From Lingula anatina (lineage: Eukaryota > Animalia > Brachiopoda), in assembly GCA_051362555.1 (NCBI GenBank), contig CM120643.1, positions 1,240,001 through 1,304,000 of the forward strand: a stretch of 64,000 nucleotides of DNA, read 5' to 3'. This document shows positions 10,962 through 24,494 of the stretch, piece after piece. Position 1 is the stretch's first letter; each line of letters starts with the position of its first letter. The notes under the pieces were generated by a model. It searched no databases, was not told where the DNA came from, and saw nothing but the letters and a program-made list of their open reading frames with translations. A program made the position numbers and the translations under genes.

Positions 10962-13900
10962 AGATGATCAAAATTAAAATATGTTATGAGATTAACCAAT
11001 CACATTAACTGTTACTGACTTTGACCTTTTCCATCTATTTCTGACACTAAAACATGGTCTACACTTGTTGACTCTTGATGAGACTTAACTTACACTCAAT
11101 AACTCCCTATCCTTTTACTCATTTGATTCCGTTTTAATAATTATCTGCAATTAATGAAAGTGTAAATAATTTGCTTTACAACATTCACCCCTTTTTCAAA
11201 AGAATTTCTCCTCGAATTCTAAAACTTTACAACATACGCTCCTTTTCAATTTTAAAGCAAAGCAAATAGAAAATCATATAAAATACGTACATTTTTAACA
11301 AGCTTAAGTGACAAGGCAACAGTTCTCTCATCAATTAAAATGTTATAACTTAATTATAACTTAAACACACATAAAATTAGAAACACAGTCGACATGAAAC
11401 CTAAAATATAGCTGGAAGGAAAATAAAGTAATAACGTTTTAGGAAAATACAATTGTTCGGGGATATATTCCGTAATGTCAGTCACACTATTCAATCTGTG
11501 GCACAAGAGTACAGGTACTTTTTTATTTTTCCCTGTGGATATCTTAAACTGTTACTCTCTTATTATGGCTTTGACACATTGTATTATACAGTTTTCTCTT
11601 TCTGTTGACATTAAAGACATATTAGGAATGCACTACATGAGACAATAGGGTCGGCCCTCCCCTGTCCAATGAACAGCAATCACTACAACGTTGCGACCAG
11701 CACATCGTTCATGATGAAGTACCTGTTCATCTTCATATTTGTCCATACTGTAGCTCTCCTCTGTGATGACTATAAGAGAAACGCTTTGTTCATATCAAAT
11801 TCAATCCACGAATTCACTAAAATTATACTGATAAATAAGTCCCCAAAATTTGAGAATCTTCCTTAATGCATATCATCAGTTTCATGTCTTCGTCATTACA
11901 ATAAAAATTAAAGGGATAAAAACTCTTCGCATGAGGTCTATATTTCACAATAAAAACATTGTGAATAACTCATAGAAATATAATATATTCTGTTTACGAC
12001 AAAAACAGCAGTTATAGATATTATTTTTATATCTGAGCTTGTCTTCAGACCACGTGACCTCCATTGATGGCTATACTCTGTTATAACCTCTAAAGAGATT
12101 TTAACAAAAAAAAACAAACTTTTTAGAAAAAAACAGGGACTAACTTTGAATGTAAAAATGGATTCATAAACCATTGGTAAGTATGGGAAAATTGTTGTTT
12201 ACTCCAGGAAAATTCATTTTTTGGCCAAAACGAAGAGTTATTATCCCTTTAAATACTAAGTGGATAAATATATAACAATAAACATTTGGTTAAATATCTA
12301 TAACTAATAATAATGATCATGGTTAACACACAATAAAATGTTCATTATTATATATCATAGTGCATAGTGATTTTTAAAAAAACCATAATATTTATCAAAA
12401 CTTACAAATGTTATGTTAATTCCGTGCATCTCACACACTCTCAATAATAATGATACCTAGATCAGTGTCTGAAATCATTGAAGTAACAATAAGGAAGAAT
12501 GAATCATAAAGTCATTCAAATGTTGTGATAGTACACACACTTCTTATACCAAAAGTTCGCTTGCAAAGATCAACACATTATGTTAACTATAGACACATGT
12601 AGAAAGTTGTTTTTCTTGTACTTCTGGTCAGGCTTCTACGTAAAAGATGGAGAAACTAAGAAGTTTCCTGAGTGAATGCAATGGATATGTATACTATCAG
12701 ACAAGTTACCCTCTTTCGCCAATTTGTCTTTTCATATTAGACCCCGGGGTAAGTCCCCCCCCCCCTCCTCCATTAAGTCTCTTTAATGAAGTTACTTTAA
12801 GATGCTAAATCATTTCATTTGGGCTCACTGCCGACGCTTTCTTAGCACTATTGGATGCGGTCACTTTACAAAATGTGATCAATTATTTTACCCCATAGTT
12901 ACTTTGTCATAGGGGGCCAACTTAATTACCCCGGGGTCTAACTAGCCCCGGTCTCCCTTACGCCAGACAAATCTAGATGATTAAATGCATGTTCATTTAT
13001 TTCTACCTATTGTGACAGTATACATGTGAGAATACCATTCATTATATTTGTTTTAGATATGTACCTGTGTACTGTCACTATTTCTCTTTTTATGATAATT
13101 CCTTGTCAAGTATATTACATTTATACATGATATTGTATATTTACAATCTATGAAAAACGGCAAATTACTCTATAAACCAACATAGGAAACGCCTTGTCTT
13201 TTGATCTGATTATTGATTTTCAATCACCAAAATTTCTAAATCCAAGTTGTCATATCCAGGTAAAGAGACAAATAATGCCATTTTTTACAATATCACTAGT
13301 ACAAATTACTGAATTATAATATTTGTACAAACTTAGTCTTTATCACAAGTAGACACGATATCTGCATAGCTGATTTTGATTTTCTGTAGCAGTTAAGCTG
13401 TATCCTATGATCGCTCCATTCATTAAATAATTAATCAAAATCTTAGCTGTGAACACGTGTTATTTAATATCTCCATCATTACTGTGGTGTTCTAGCAAGT
13501 TTTAACTTTAAATTTTAAAGTTTTAAATTAAAATTTGTAATATCATTTGTACATTATGTGTATCACCTAAGTCAACACAATGTCTTGATATTGATGGATC
13601 ATGTCAACTAAATGAGAAGTCGAATAATCAAAATAAATAAAGTTAACATATCTTTATCACTAAGGGGTCTAAATTCAGTTTTAATGCGAGATGGCCATTG
13701 CTATTTGATAATTATTTCTAAAGCTGAATAAATTGCATTTGAAACAGTCCACCAAAGTTAGCCCCGTAGAGCCGATAACACGTAGCTGCAGTGAGATATG
13801 TTTCCTTTCTCCTGAAATCACATACTGTGGATAAGTATAAAATAAAAAGGAATCAATAGAATAAAAATCGTCTAAATTAGCTATCCAAATTTTGGTCGTA

Positions 13901-16480
13901 ATTTAAATTAAACAACTACTTTATTGTGTCATTTTCACGTTTTTAATTTTAAACAAATTGATTTGAGTTCAATGTTACCGAAATTGGCATAGTCATCCTA
14001 ATTCAAGTTATTCCGTCAGTGACATGTGAGTAGGAAGAGGTATATCACAAAAAGTCATGTTTACCATAAAAACACACCTATATCTAAGACGTTCAGGATG
14101 AAACCATTCACTATTGTTCTTTCTCAGTCTCCTCGTCATTGTTATGAATGGCCAGTTTCCTTCCACAGTAGTACACGTGATGGCAGCTATCTTCCCGTCG
14201 TCTGCTACTTTGATTTGTGAAAACAGATCTGCCAGTTTTAGCTATCACAGTCCTGAAGTTCTTGAGTATCGATCTTGTACTGATTGCTTCCTGCAGCTGG
14301 CGAGCGCCATTTTGTCAGTTTTGTTGGACCATTGACTTATGATAATTAAGACTAGGGTTCATTACAGTTAAGTTTCTGTGATCTACTGCCATTATTACAT
14401 CATTGCGACTCTCATCGATTGTAGAATATATTGATGCATCTTTGAAGATCTACTTAACAGTTGTAAAATAGAATGCGATGTTTCGGTCCCTGGGCCTTCT
14501 TCGGGGATTATGAACAAAGAGTGAAAAAAAAAACTCCTAAGATACGTGTTGTCGGTGATGTGTAAAAGACATGCGATGTCCCAAAAGTGTGCTAAACGTA
14601 AATAAAGTCAAAATTCCCTAACAAAGAAAAAACAATACTCATTTAAGAAACTATTGTCCTTATTGAGTCCATTATTCATGGTGTCTAGTGTTCTTATAAA
14701 TTTTTGTTCGGCGATCCGTCTTTCCGTTCCGTGATTTGGTGTTGTAGTGCGACTGAAATTCTTATTTCAATTTTTCTAGACCCTGCAAAGCCTATCGTAA
14801 AATTGAAAATTTTAAAACAACAGATGAAAATCTAAAATATCATTTAATAACTTTGATATGTGATGAAAAATGTTCATAAATAAAGACGGATAAACGATAT
14901 TCAATATACTGCAAACTTCTTAATTAACTTAGGGTAGCCAGTTTTGCGGGGATCATTTTTATTTGAAAAAAAAATATATTTTTTGTCATTCTGTCATAAA
15001 ATAAAGGTGTTGAGTAAATGTGTGTAACAGAAATAAGGTGACAATGAGCTTGACACGTGCCACTTTGAACAAAGAGAGGATAAGAATGTGTGCGTACATC
15101 ACAACACAATTTCTTTTAAATTTACAAGAAACACATGAAATATGTAATTTTTCAAATTTTCTAATTCGGTGTACATTGGACTTGTAATAATGGCAAGATG
15201 ACAAAGGACATATTCACCAAATCATTTATTGGAACGGGAGAGAAGACAAGAGTTCGAATCAGTGCAAATTCGATATGACTGACAACCGAAAAAAGTGGGG
15301 CATCAGTGACAACATAACAAAGCCCCATAACTATTTAACTAGCTATAAGGCACAAGGGGAGTGTCTATACTAAATACTCTCATATTAAAACAGCATGTGT
15401 AAGAAAGTTAGCAAACAAAAAAATGTACGAGTACATTGAACTTTTATGACGTGAGAGTGTGCTTTATGATTTCACCACTGCTGGTATGTATTTGTGTTGT
15501 TTTCTAAAGTCCCGCGTGGAAAAGAGTCAGAACAAACATTTTAATATACCAGTACTCAATGGTAGCTACCAGTAAATGAATAGAAAAGGAAATATAGAGA
15601 ACCACGACCCTTTCTACGAACTGGGTCTTTATACAAACTTGTTTTCTATTTAAAGGCTGTTTGCATTACGCGCTCCGCTTAGCACAAAGCATACGAACTC
15701 CTTTGTGTTTTGTGCGATACAATGAAATAGTTCAATGTATGATTTTATCGCGAGACTCACGTCTGATGTGGTTATTTTTAACTTAGCGTTTTTTCCGGAG
15801 CTGTTTCGATAAATTGCGCAGTTAAGTTGTAACACCAAGTTACCTGAGGTTTTAGATATCGAAGCTGTAACGACAGATTGTACAAGGAGACCTTTCGGTA
15901 AGTTCATCAAGGGCGGCTAAACATTAATTTGTTCATCAACTAAATTACATGCGTGATTCTTTTAGCACCGTGCGCTGCCCAAACGTTTAAGAAGATCATG
16001 TAACCCTTAACTAGGGCCACATATTGCTTTCCCCTAGATATCCACAGGTATGCCCTAGCAGGGCTGATCCTAATATAGATAGATATCATAGTATATTTGT
16101 GAATACCTAGCGGATACCAACCATTAATCCCGTAGAAGGTACACTGTGGAAGGCGATGGGTGGATGATGACCCTCTTCTAGAAATACATGGAGTGTACAG
16201 GACAAAATGAAAAGAAGAAAAATAACCTCAAGCCAGTGAAAGAGCAGTTACATATATCATCCGTATTCAGTTTAAATGATATGATATTCACCTGTGTATT
16301 ACACGTATGCAGTAAAAATGAAGCGTTCTGGTATGTATCTTGTCGCTAATTTTGTTCCTAGATTACATGACTGTGCAAAATATAACTAGCATCCTGGTTA
16401 AAATAGAAAATCATAGTACAAAAAATGGACACCCGGAAATCTTCATAATGAGTGCAGTAAAAGTTAATGACTAGTAAAGG
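10962..16480 (+). repeat. Duplicated intergenic block, copy 1 (copy 2 at about 26689-35500)
   Basis: Collinear and near-identical over kilobases; the same short ORFs recur at 11669/27395 and 11938/27664. Confidence 0.9.
14104..14330 (-). pseudogene. Truncated, indel-damaged copy of the beta-propeller-like exon at 29824-30332
   Basis: Matches about 29824-30060 with small deletions; the segment corresponding to about 30060-30616 is missing in this copy. Confidence 0.6.
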
Positions 16481-17186
16481 AAGTGTGGGTCCCTTATAAT
16501 TAGTAGAGGTTAAAATTTAGCCGGTGAGACAGAAATGGTAGTCCTAGGAATGAAGTTCCCATGTGATGACTGCATATTGGGGGTAGCGGTCACAAAATGG
16601 ATGTTGGTCCCGTTATTGTTTACACTGAAACTATTGGCTAGGGTAGGCAAATCTGATATTTGCTACTTCAATTTGGATTTTATGGTTCACTTCATGTGGT
16701 TAAATGGTTGAAAGTCAGGTTTTGTCACTGCAAGTTGGTATATAGTATTTGCAATTTACCCGATGCCCTCGTTTTTCTTGCATTCCCAGTGAATGCACTG
16801 TCCATACTGTAAGATAAGTGATTCCTTATTACTGCAGTCTGCTTAGTTCGCTTTCTACTGCATTTTAATGCAAAGGGAACTGGGCCTGTTCTATGAAAAA
16901 TTGGAAATGCTTCCTCCATGGTATTTAACTTCCATTTAACCTCAGTCACACACCCTTTATTTTTAACCATTTTAATGAAAATCAATTCTTTCCTACATGT
17001 AGGTCCAACGACCATTTCATAACCTGATGTATAAGATAGTATACATTGAGATGCATTTTGAAACGACGTCTTTGGTACATAAAAAGCTCAATCTTTTTTC
17101 TTTATTGTTTACCGTTAATGTATAAATTGAGTAAACAACTAGAATAACAAACATATCATTTGCTTTTTTTTTATTTGGATCGGTAG

Positions 17187-17775
17187 ATGACCATGGCAAC
17201 GGCAGTGGGAATGCTCTCTGAAATCCCAAGAAATGAAAAAGAAAATTATTTCCGCATGCGGCTGCTCTTAGAACGTGCAACTGACGTGCTTAGAGATGTT
17301 CTCAGGACTCAGCTACAAGCAGCTTATCCAGGACTGTTTGATCCCAGTAAAACTGACAAACTGTTTGATGTACTTGACAATCAACAAGTCAAACATTCTG
17401 TGCTTCTGTTGAAAAAGAGAAATGTAATGAACTCGAGTCAAATGAAACTCCTGTACCCCTCTGGCGCCCCTTCAACAACTGTGACAACGCAGGACTTAGA
17501 TATTACACTTGCAGCTGTTTTACTAAGAAACATCACCAATCTGAACCCTCATGCTAAATGGGAAAATCCACCAGTTACCGACACCTCCATAGAGGCCAAC
17601 ATTGGTAGAGTGAAGACCTACCGCAATCAGCTCTCGCATGGACATCGTCTTGGCATCACAAACACAGCATTTCAGGCAGAGTTTAATGATCTCAAGCACA
17701 TCCTGCTGTCACTGTCACCAATATATACCAGCGATGACTACGACAAGCTTCTTATTGTGCCACTGGAGGCTAAAG
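17187..17775 (+). CDS. Paralog 2 exon A: DZIP3-like HEPN domain (intact)
   Basis: Acceptor AG at 17185-86, ATG at 17187 (or 17193), donor AAAG|GTATG at 17775/76 (589 nt, phase 1). Motifs DLDITLAAVLLRNI and NIGRVKTYRNQLSH. Confidence 0.9.
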
Positions 17776-19382
17776 GTATGTTAAAACAGCATTTGCAAAA
17801 AAAAAATGTTGTTCTTAATTTTAAGAAACGTATTTTACGGAGTTGAACTGTACAACATTTTAATTAGTGTTGAATGCGCTTGTACCTACTGGTCTACGGT
17901 AAGGCATTCAGGCTAACTATACTCCCCTACCAAAACGTCACCCCTAGTAAAATGGGTAAAGCGCTACAGAAATCATGTTATCAACCAGTGTTATTTATTA
18001 AACTTCTAAAAATGATTTACCACAACACTTTACTACCTGTACAACAAATAAATAAGCCAGCCATACATGTAGTTAAAAAAACGCATCGTGTTTAATATTT
18101 TGCAGTTTCCTCTGGGTTGTAGGACGCACCTGACGCGTCTGTGCATGGGATTAAATACATGTAGAATAATAACGTTTGATGGCGTTCCTCATACGTTGTA
18201 AAGATATTTTATCCATCAGCTTTTCATTTCGTAGGATATCCCACAAATTCTCAACGGGGGATTGATCTAGATTGGTTGATTTCATTTTTTTTTAATTTGC
18301 TTTCTGGTGTCGTTTTGAGAAATTATATTGGAAATGTTTTGATGATTGCATGTATTAAAAGGTAAATTGCTTGGAATGTATAACGTTTATTTTGCCTTTA
18401 GTGAGTTTGTATTTATAGTGTTACATGTGGTCCCAAGGGAAATTTCACCCCTTCGCCCAAAAATACTACTTCGTGCCTAGTGTGAATGTTTTACAAAATG
18501 CTTTAGGGAGGTGTTGTTTAGGTAATTTATATCAGAAAACCCACGTAGTATTGCGAAATTAACCGATATAGAATGTTTAACTGTCACTTCTGCGATACGA
18601 CAGACATATATAATTTCTCGAAAATGGGGAAACGGCACTCCTCTGTAGGAGACGATTTATAGCCTCGCGAAAATTACCAAAAGGTTGCAAGCGCAGTGTA
18701 GCCCGGGCTTTCTGGCGGCTTTACCCAGGTAATCTTGCCCATGTGTCTGTTTGGTTATGATGTTGCCTTATCCACCAAATGGCTCTCATGGAACAACCAA
18801 AACTTCTGGTACATGTAGTTCCTTCTGGTACCTCCCTCCTGTGTCGCCCGCTTGGTAAAGAAAGTATCCCACTAATTCATGAAATCTAGTTGCTGTTGTG
18901 GTCACGCTAGGTAGGTTAATGTTCTACTACTCACACCCCCAATTTACACGATGGTCGTTATTTAATAGTGCAATTCAATCTGCGGGTACTCTTGTAGTCA
19001 TGTACAAAAATGAGGTAGGGGTGACACTTTTTGGTAAGGGAGTATATTATGCAATGCTTCCATTATTAGTATATGCATTGACAAGTTAACTCAATCAGGC
19101 ATACATATATTTGAATACAGTCAGGATCGAGCAATATATACCTTGATATTGAAATAAATCTTGATATTATCTGTGAACCAATTATTTTGAAATAATGACA
19201 CTGATAATGTGTGGTATAAGTACAATATGATTTGGCTTTTGAATAAACGTTTATTTAAACCGTTTGATTATGTAATATTACATAAATCATTAAAAAATCT
19301 AAGTAGATGATAGGCTACCAAGGTCATTATTGCAAAAAGTTATAATCCTGTTTATTATCATATTTTAATATTTTATTTTCAG

Positions 19383-22135
19383 TTGCCCCGTGTCAGCTCC
19401 TCTCAGTACAGCTACCAGGAAAATTTGCTGACCTTAAAGGCCGTGAAGACTTGGTTCAACAAATACAGCAGCACATTGCAGGTGAAACCAGGCTTGTTCT
19501 TCTAACTGGGATGGGGGGCATTGGGAAGACCTCGGTGGCTATCGAGGTCGGGCATCGCGAGCAAAATGTGTTGTTCATTGATTTGAGACAAGTCACCAAC
19601 CTTGAATCTGTGAAGTTATCTCTAGTCCAGCACTACCACCCAACACGATCCCTGAAAGATTTATACAGTGACTTTCAAAATATGTTCATACAAACTTTGT
19701 CTAGTTTGTCTTCAGGTACTGTTATTATTTTTGATAACAATGATGAGGTAATAACGTCCAATTTGCAAGAATTTCATAAGTTGGTGCAAACCATTTTGAA
19801 TTCAACAAAGCATGTCACTTTGTTGTGTACCAGTCGTGAAGCATTCAGTCTTGTATCACATAAGATGGCTGTTGTAGAGGTACCTCCCCTTCATAAGGCA
19901 CCCTCTATTGATATCCTTTGGGAAGGAAAACCCACTAGGCCCACTGAGAGTGAGTTATTACTTTTAGGTGAAACAGCCGAGAAATATGGGGGGAACCCCC
20001 TTGCACTTAAATTATTAGCAGTTCAACTCAAGAAAAAAACTGCACAACAATTATTGGATAGAGTAAAAAACAAAAATGTTTTTGAAAGCATTAAGGTAGC
20101 AAACATTCCAGCTAGTCAAGAAATGATAGCATGCCTGGATATGTCTTATGAAACACTTAATGCTGAAGAACAGAAAGTGTTTCGGGCTTTGTACATATTT
20201 CCTGTTTCATTTTCCTTGGAAGAAGTTTCAGAGATGTTAGAAATAGCTGAGGATGAATGTGAATCTATACTTGACAGTCTTTGCAACAAATCCCTTCTTA
20301 GTTCAAATCTTAGTTTTTATGATCTTCACCCCTTATTGAGAGCGTATGCAGCGTTTCAAGCACAGAATCATCAAAACGAAATAGAACACATACAAGAAGC
20401 GTACTGTAAACATTACATGAAGCAAACACCTCTTCTGGTATCCGAATTTGATACCCTTTCGTCCAAGGAAACATATGAAAAAGCCCGAAAAATACTACCA
20501 CACCTGAAGGCTATAGCTTGTTTGCTATCTGATCAACTTGGCAACAAAAAACTTCACGATAAAGAAATAATTTTAAAATCAAAAAATCTGTTTTTAATAG
20601 CATGTGTATTTCAAAACCTTCTCTTGTATGCAGAGGCATTACCATATTATGAGAAATCTCTTGAAGTTACAAAAGAAATACTTGGCGAGAAACACCCCGA
20701 TACTGCTAAAACGTACCATGACATTGGCACTGTATTATTTCGAATGGGTAAGTATGCAGAAGCACTTACAAATTTTGAGAAATCTCTTGAAATCATGAAA
20801 GAAATCCATCGTGAGAAACACCCTTATACTGCGCTGGCATACCATAATATTGGCAATGTACTTTGTAAAATGGGTAGGTACGCAGAGGCACTTACATGTG
20901 ATGAGAAATCTCTTGGAATTATGAAAGAAATCTTTGGTGAGAAACACCCTGATACTACTGTGACATACCAGAACATTGGCAATGCACTATATCACATGGG
21001 TAGGTACGCAGAGGCGCTTAAATATCATACGAGATCTCTAGAAATCCAGAAAGAAACCCTTAGTGAGAAACACCCTTATACTGCTGTGACATACCAGGAT
21101 ATTGGCAATACACTACGTGTCATGGGTAAGTACGCAGAGGCGCTAACATATCATGAGAAATCTCTTGAAATCAGGAAAGAAGTACTTGGTGAGAAACACC
21201 CTGATACTGCAGGGACATACAATAATATTGGCAATGTACTATCTCAGATGGGTAGGTACGCAGAGGCACTTCCATATTATGAGAAATCGCTTTTAACCCA
21301 GAAAGAAATAATTGGTGAGAAACACCCTGATATTGCTAAGACATACATGAATATTGACAAAACACTTTGTGGCATGGGTAGGTACGCAGAGGCACTTACA
21401 TATTGTGAAAAATCTCTTAAACTTACGAAAGAAACCCTTGGTGAGAAACACCCTGATACTGCTGCGGCATACCAAAGCACTGGCGTTGCACTATGTGGCA
21501 TGGGTAGGTACGAAGAGGCACTAGCATATTGTGAAAAATCTCTTAAACTTAGGAAGGAAATCCTTGGTGAAAAACACCCTGATACTGCTAAGACATACAA
21601 TGATATTGGCAGTGTACTATCTAAGATGGGTAGGTACGCAGAGGCCCTTACATATTGTGAAAAATCTCTTAAACTTACGAAAGAAATCCTTGGTGAAAAA
21701 CACCTTGATACTGCTGTGGTATACCAAAGCACTGGCGTTGCACTATGTGGCATGGGTAGGTACGCAGAGGCACTTACATATTGTGAAAAATCTCTTAAAC
21801 TTAGGAAGGAAATCCTTGGTGAGAAACACCCTGATACTGCTGAGGCATACCAAGGCACTGGCGTTGCACTATGTTGCATGGGTAGGCACGCAGAGGCACT
21901 TACATATTTAAAGAAATCTCGTAAAGTGTTTGAAGAGCAATTTGGTTCCATGCATTTCAAAACCAGATGTCTTGATAGTTTGCTATGTGATACAAAAAAG
22001 ATGTGTATTAAACAAGTAACCATGAATATGAGTAAATACATTGCCACTGAATTGATTGTCAAGGGCAAATATGGTCAGGCTGTTCGATTCTTAAGTTTTA
22101 TTGGTTGGGATTTTAAGTTCTATTACAAATTTTAG
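19383..22135 (+). CDS. Paralog 2 exon B: NB-ARC/STAND NTPase + 10 TPR units + C-terminal tail; spliced product about 1113 aa
   Basis: Acceptor ttttattttcag at 19382 joins in frame to exon A. LPGKFADLKGRED, GMGGIGKT, VIIFDNND, GGNPLAL, YDLHPLL. Confidence 0.92.
20684..21943 (+). repeat. Coding tandem array: 10 x 126-bp TPR units (paralog 2)
   Basis: Exact 126-bp periodicity of the GEKHPDT units. Confidence 0.95.
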
Positions 22136-22413
22136 AAATATGGGAGGTCCACCCATTGTTTCCAAGTGTATGGTGGCAATAATTTGTATCGCTACTGTCA
22201 TATGCACCATGACATTATGGATGAAGTAACAGATGAAAGATAATTCTAATCAATGTTTGCCATGTTTGAGTCAATTTTCAATTGGTTTGTACCTGTTATC
22301 CCTCTCCCCCATTTTGAACCTTGTCGGCACGCCAAACACTAATTGTATGATTGTAAGATTTTCAGGCATCTTATCTGAACACAAATTGGGACTAAATCTT
22401 GAGGTTTTCCTTA

Positions 22414-22959
22414 GAGCGCATTCTCAACGAATTAAGCCAGGCTTTACAAAGCCGGTGACCTAAAAATGGCGGACGTACATGAAAGAAAAACCGCCTAATC
22501 TTTTAATAGTCTCTCCGCCTCTCACACGCCTCCCCACACGTCGTCCCGGCGGGGTACATTAATTAAATCTCGGCTCCGAACATTAATATTTCCGTGAATA
22601 TCTCTGGTGATATTATCTCCGTAGATAGTCGATTCATTGCTGCTCTACGGGCCAAATTATTCCTTTTTCGTCTCTGTTTTCAAAGATAATAGAACAGAAG
22701 AGCTTTTTTCCTTCGATCGCCTTCAGCCGCCATGCTTTCTTTACCACGAGTTTAACTGATGAGCATGCGCACTTAATATTTCTCGGGTAGCTTCCGCATG
22801 GCGAACGGAGACGCGATTTAATTACTGTACCCCGCAGGGACGACGTGTGGGGAGGCGGAGAGACTATTATGAGATTAGGCGGTTTTTCTTTCATGTACAT
22901 CCGCCATTTTTAGGTCACCGGCTTTGTAAAGCCTGGCTTACTTCGTTGAGAATGCGCTC
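22414..22959. mobile_element. Palindromic MITE with TTA target duplication (PIF/Harbinger-like) in the 3' region of paralog 2
   Basis: tta|GAGCGCATTCTCAACGAA ... TTCGTTGAGAATGCGCTC|tta with long (>100 bp) imperfect inverted arms. The empty site ttttccttaggtc is seen behind paralog 3 (about 49950). A related fragment lies near 62990-63055. Confidence 0.85.
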
Positions 22960-24494
22960 TTAGGTCTTCATCTCTGTATCACTGGCCAGTCAGATTTGCA
23001 CCAATCACCATGGGTTCTGTCTGGAAATAACAATTTATGTCCACCCAACTAATACCACTGTGCCAATGACAATGGTAAAAGCAAAGACTTGCGTTGTTTC
23101 CTTTTTGTCACGTATATATCCCAAGACTTGCAGATACCTTCCCCTTCATACGTGCACTGCATCCACATATCTATAACATGTGATATCTCCCCAGGGTTAG
23201 TCAGGACTTTCGGGTTTATATAGAGGCGTTCCGTTTTTCCTAACTTAGCTGTGACTTCTCAGAAATTGACAAAATTGGTCAAAACTGCAACCTCACATTC
23301 ATCCTCATGTGGTGGAGATTGTCTTCACTTAATTACAAATGTGTTTAACTAAAACATCTTGAGGAAACGTTTTATTTTGTTGGTGGGAGGGTTGTAAAGT
23401 GATAAAATATTAACGTAGTAGTAGCTTAGTTTTTGTGTGTAAGCAGATCATAAGGACAATTTAATTGCAGGTCAGTAATTAAAGAAACATACTTGTGTTT
23501 AACAAATAGCAAATTTCTAATTTCCAAAACATAATCACATGATGTATTAGACTCATTTTATGCAGTATTATATATATATATATATATATATATTAAGTGT
23601 ACAGGCTCCGAATTTGTTAATTTTTTTTTTTTTTTTTTTTTTTTTGAATTACTGGTCTTTAATATTTTAAAAGGTCATGTCACAGGCAGATACAGATTAG
23701 AGGCCAGTGAGACTTTCCTTCTCCCTTCAAGACAAAATGCCCCCCTCCCCTCAACTCTGCACATAACTCAACAAAACAATTAACTCACCCGTGTTCCGGA
23801 GCACTGTAGAAACAGTATATTCACTCCAGTGATGTCAATATGGGTCTCCTTCCTGCTGTTATCCTGAATTCAGGATTTCTCCCTTAGTGTTAAGTAAATT
23901 ATTATTAAGGTTGAAAATTTGCTTCATGATTCATTTAATCGTGTAATTATTATTTTTATGGTTGAACACTTGCTGTGTGATTATCCCTTTGTGTTATTAT
24001 CATTTTTAAGGTTGAACACTTGCTATGTAATTTATCCCTTTGTGTTATTATTATTTTTAAGGTTGAACACTTGCTATGTGATTTATCCCTTAGTTTTATT
24101 ATTCTTAATGTTGAACATTTGCTATGTGTTTCCAATAAACAGTCGTGTATAATGCTGCCTAGCGTTTATGGTTTCCTACAAGGGCATTCCACTTAAGCCT
24201 TTCCCAGACCTAGCGGTACACTTGCCTGGACAGGTACACTTTTAGATATTGACAGTTTAATAGATTGGACGACACGTAACATGGCAACTTTAACTGAACA
24301 GCAATATATATATATGCGATTTTTTTTACATAATCAAAGAAAAGATAATCAAATGATTTCATCCTTATCATATATTAAATGACAGAAAGAGTTAATATGT
24401 TACATGTACCTCCACATAGTTTAAACCTGGCATTATACCGACTCTATTTTGAGGGTTAAAATATGCGGCAGACTACATGTAAGTGAACATTTAA

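Noticed and set aside
11170-11200. Minus-strand polypurine tract followed by TG (also near 25775-25790), suggesting LTR element 3' ends
   Set aside because: No paired LTR or recognisable coding relic could be confirmed by eye; too weak to annotate.
11669-12174. Short ORFs repeated almost identically at 27395-27900
   Set aside because: Identity reflects the recent block duplication; composition is AT-rich and not protein-like.
17776-17846. ORF-track extensions of exon A past the donor (also 2830-2948 and 40992-41032) and TTG/GTG starts of exon B
   Set aside because: Paralog similarity ends exactly at AAAG|GT and resumes at the acceptor, so these are intron read-through and non-real starts.
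21277-22068. 263-aa antisense ORF and other short alternative-frame ORFs over the TPR arrays
   Set aside because: Shadow frames of the 126-bp coding repeat, with no independent evidence.
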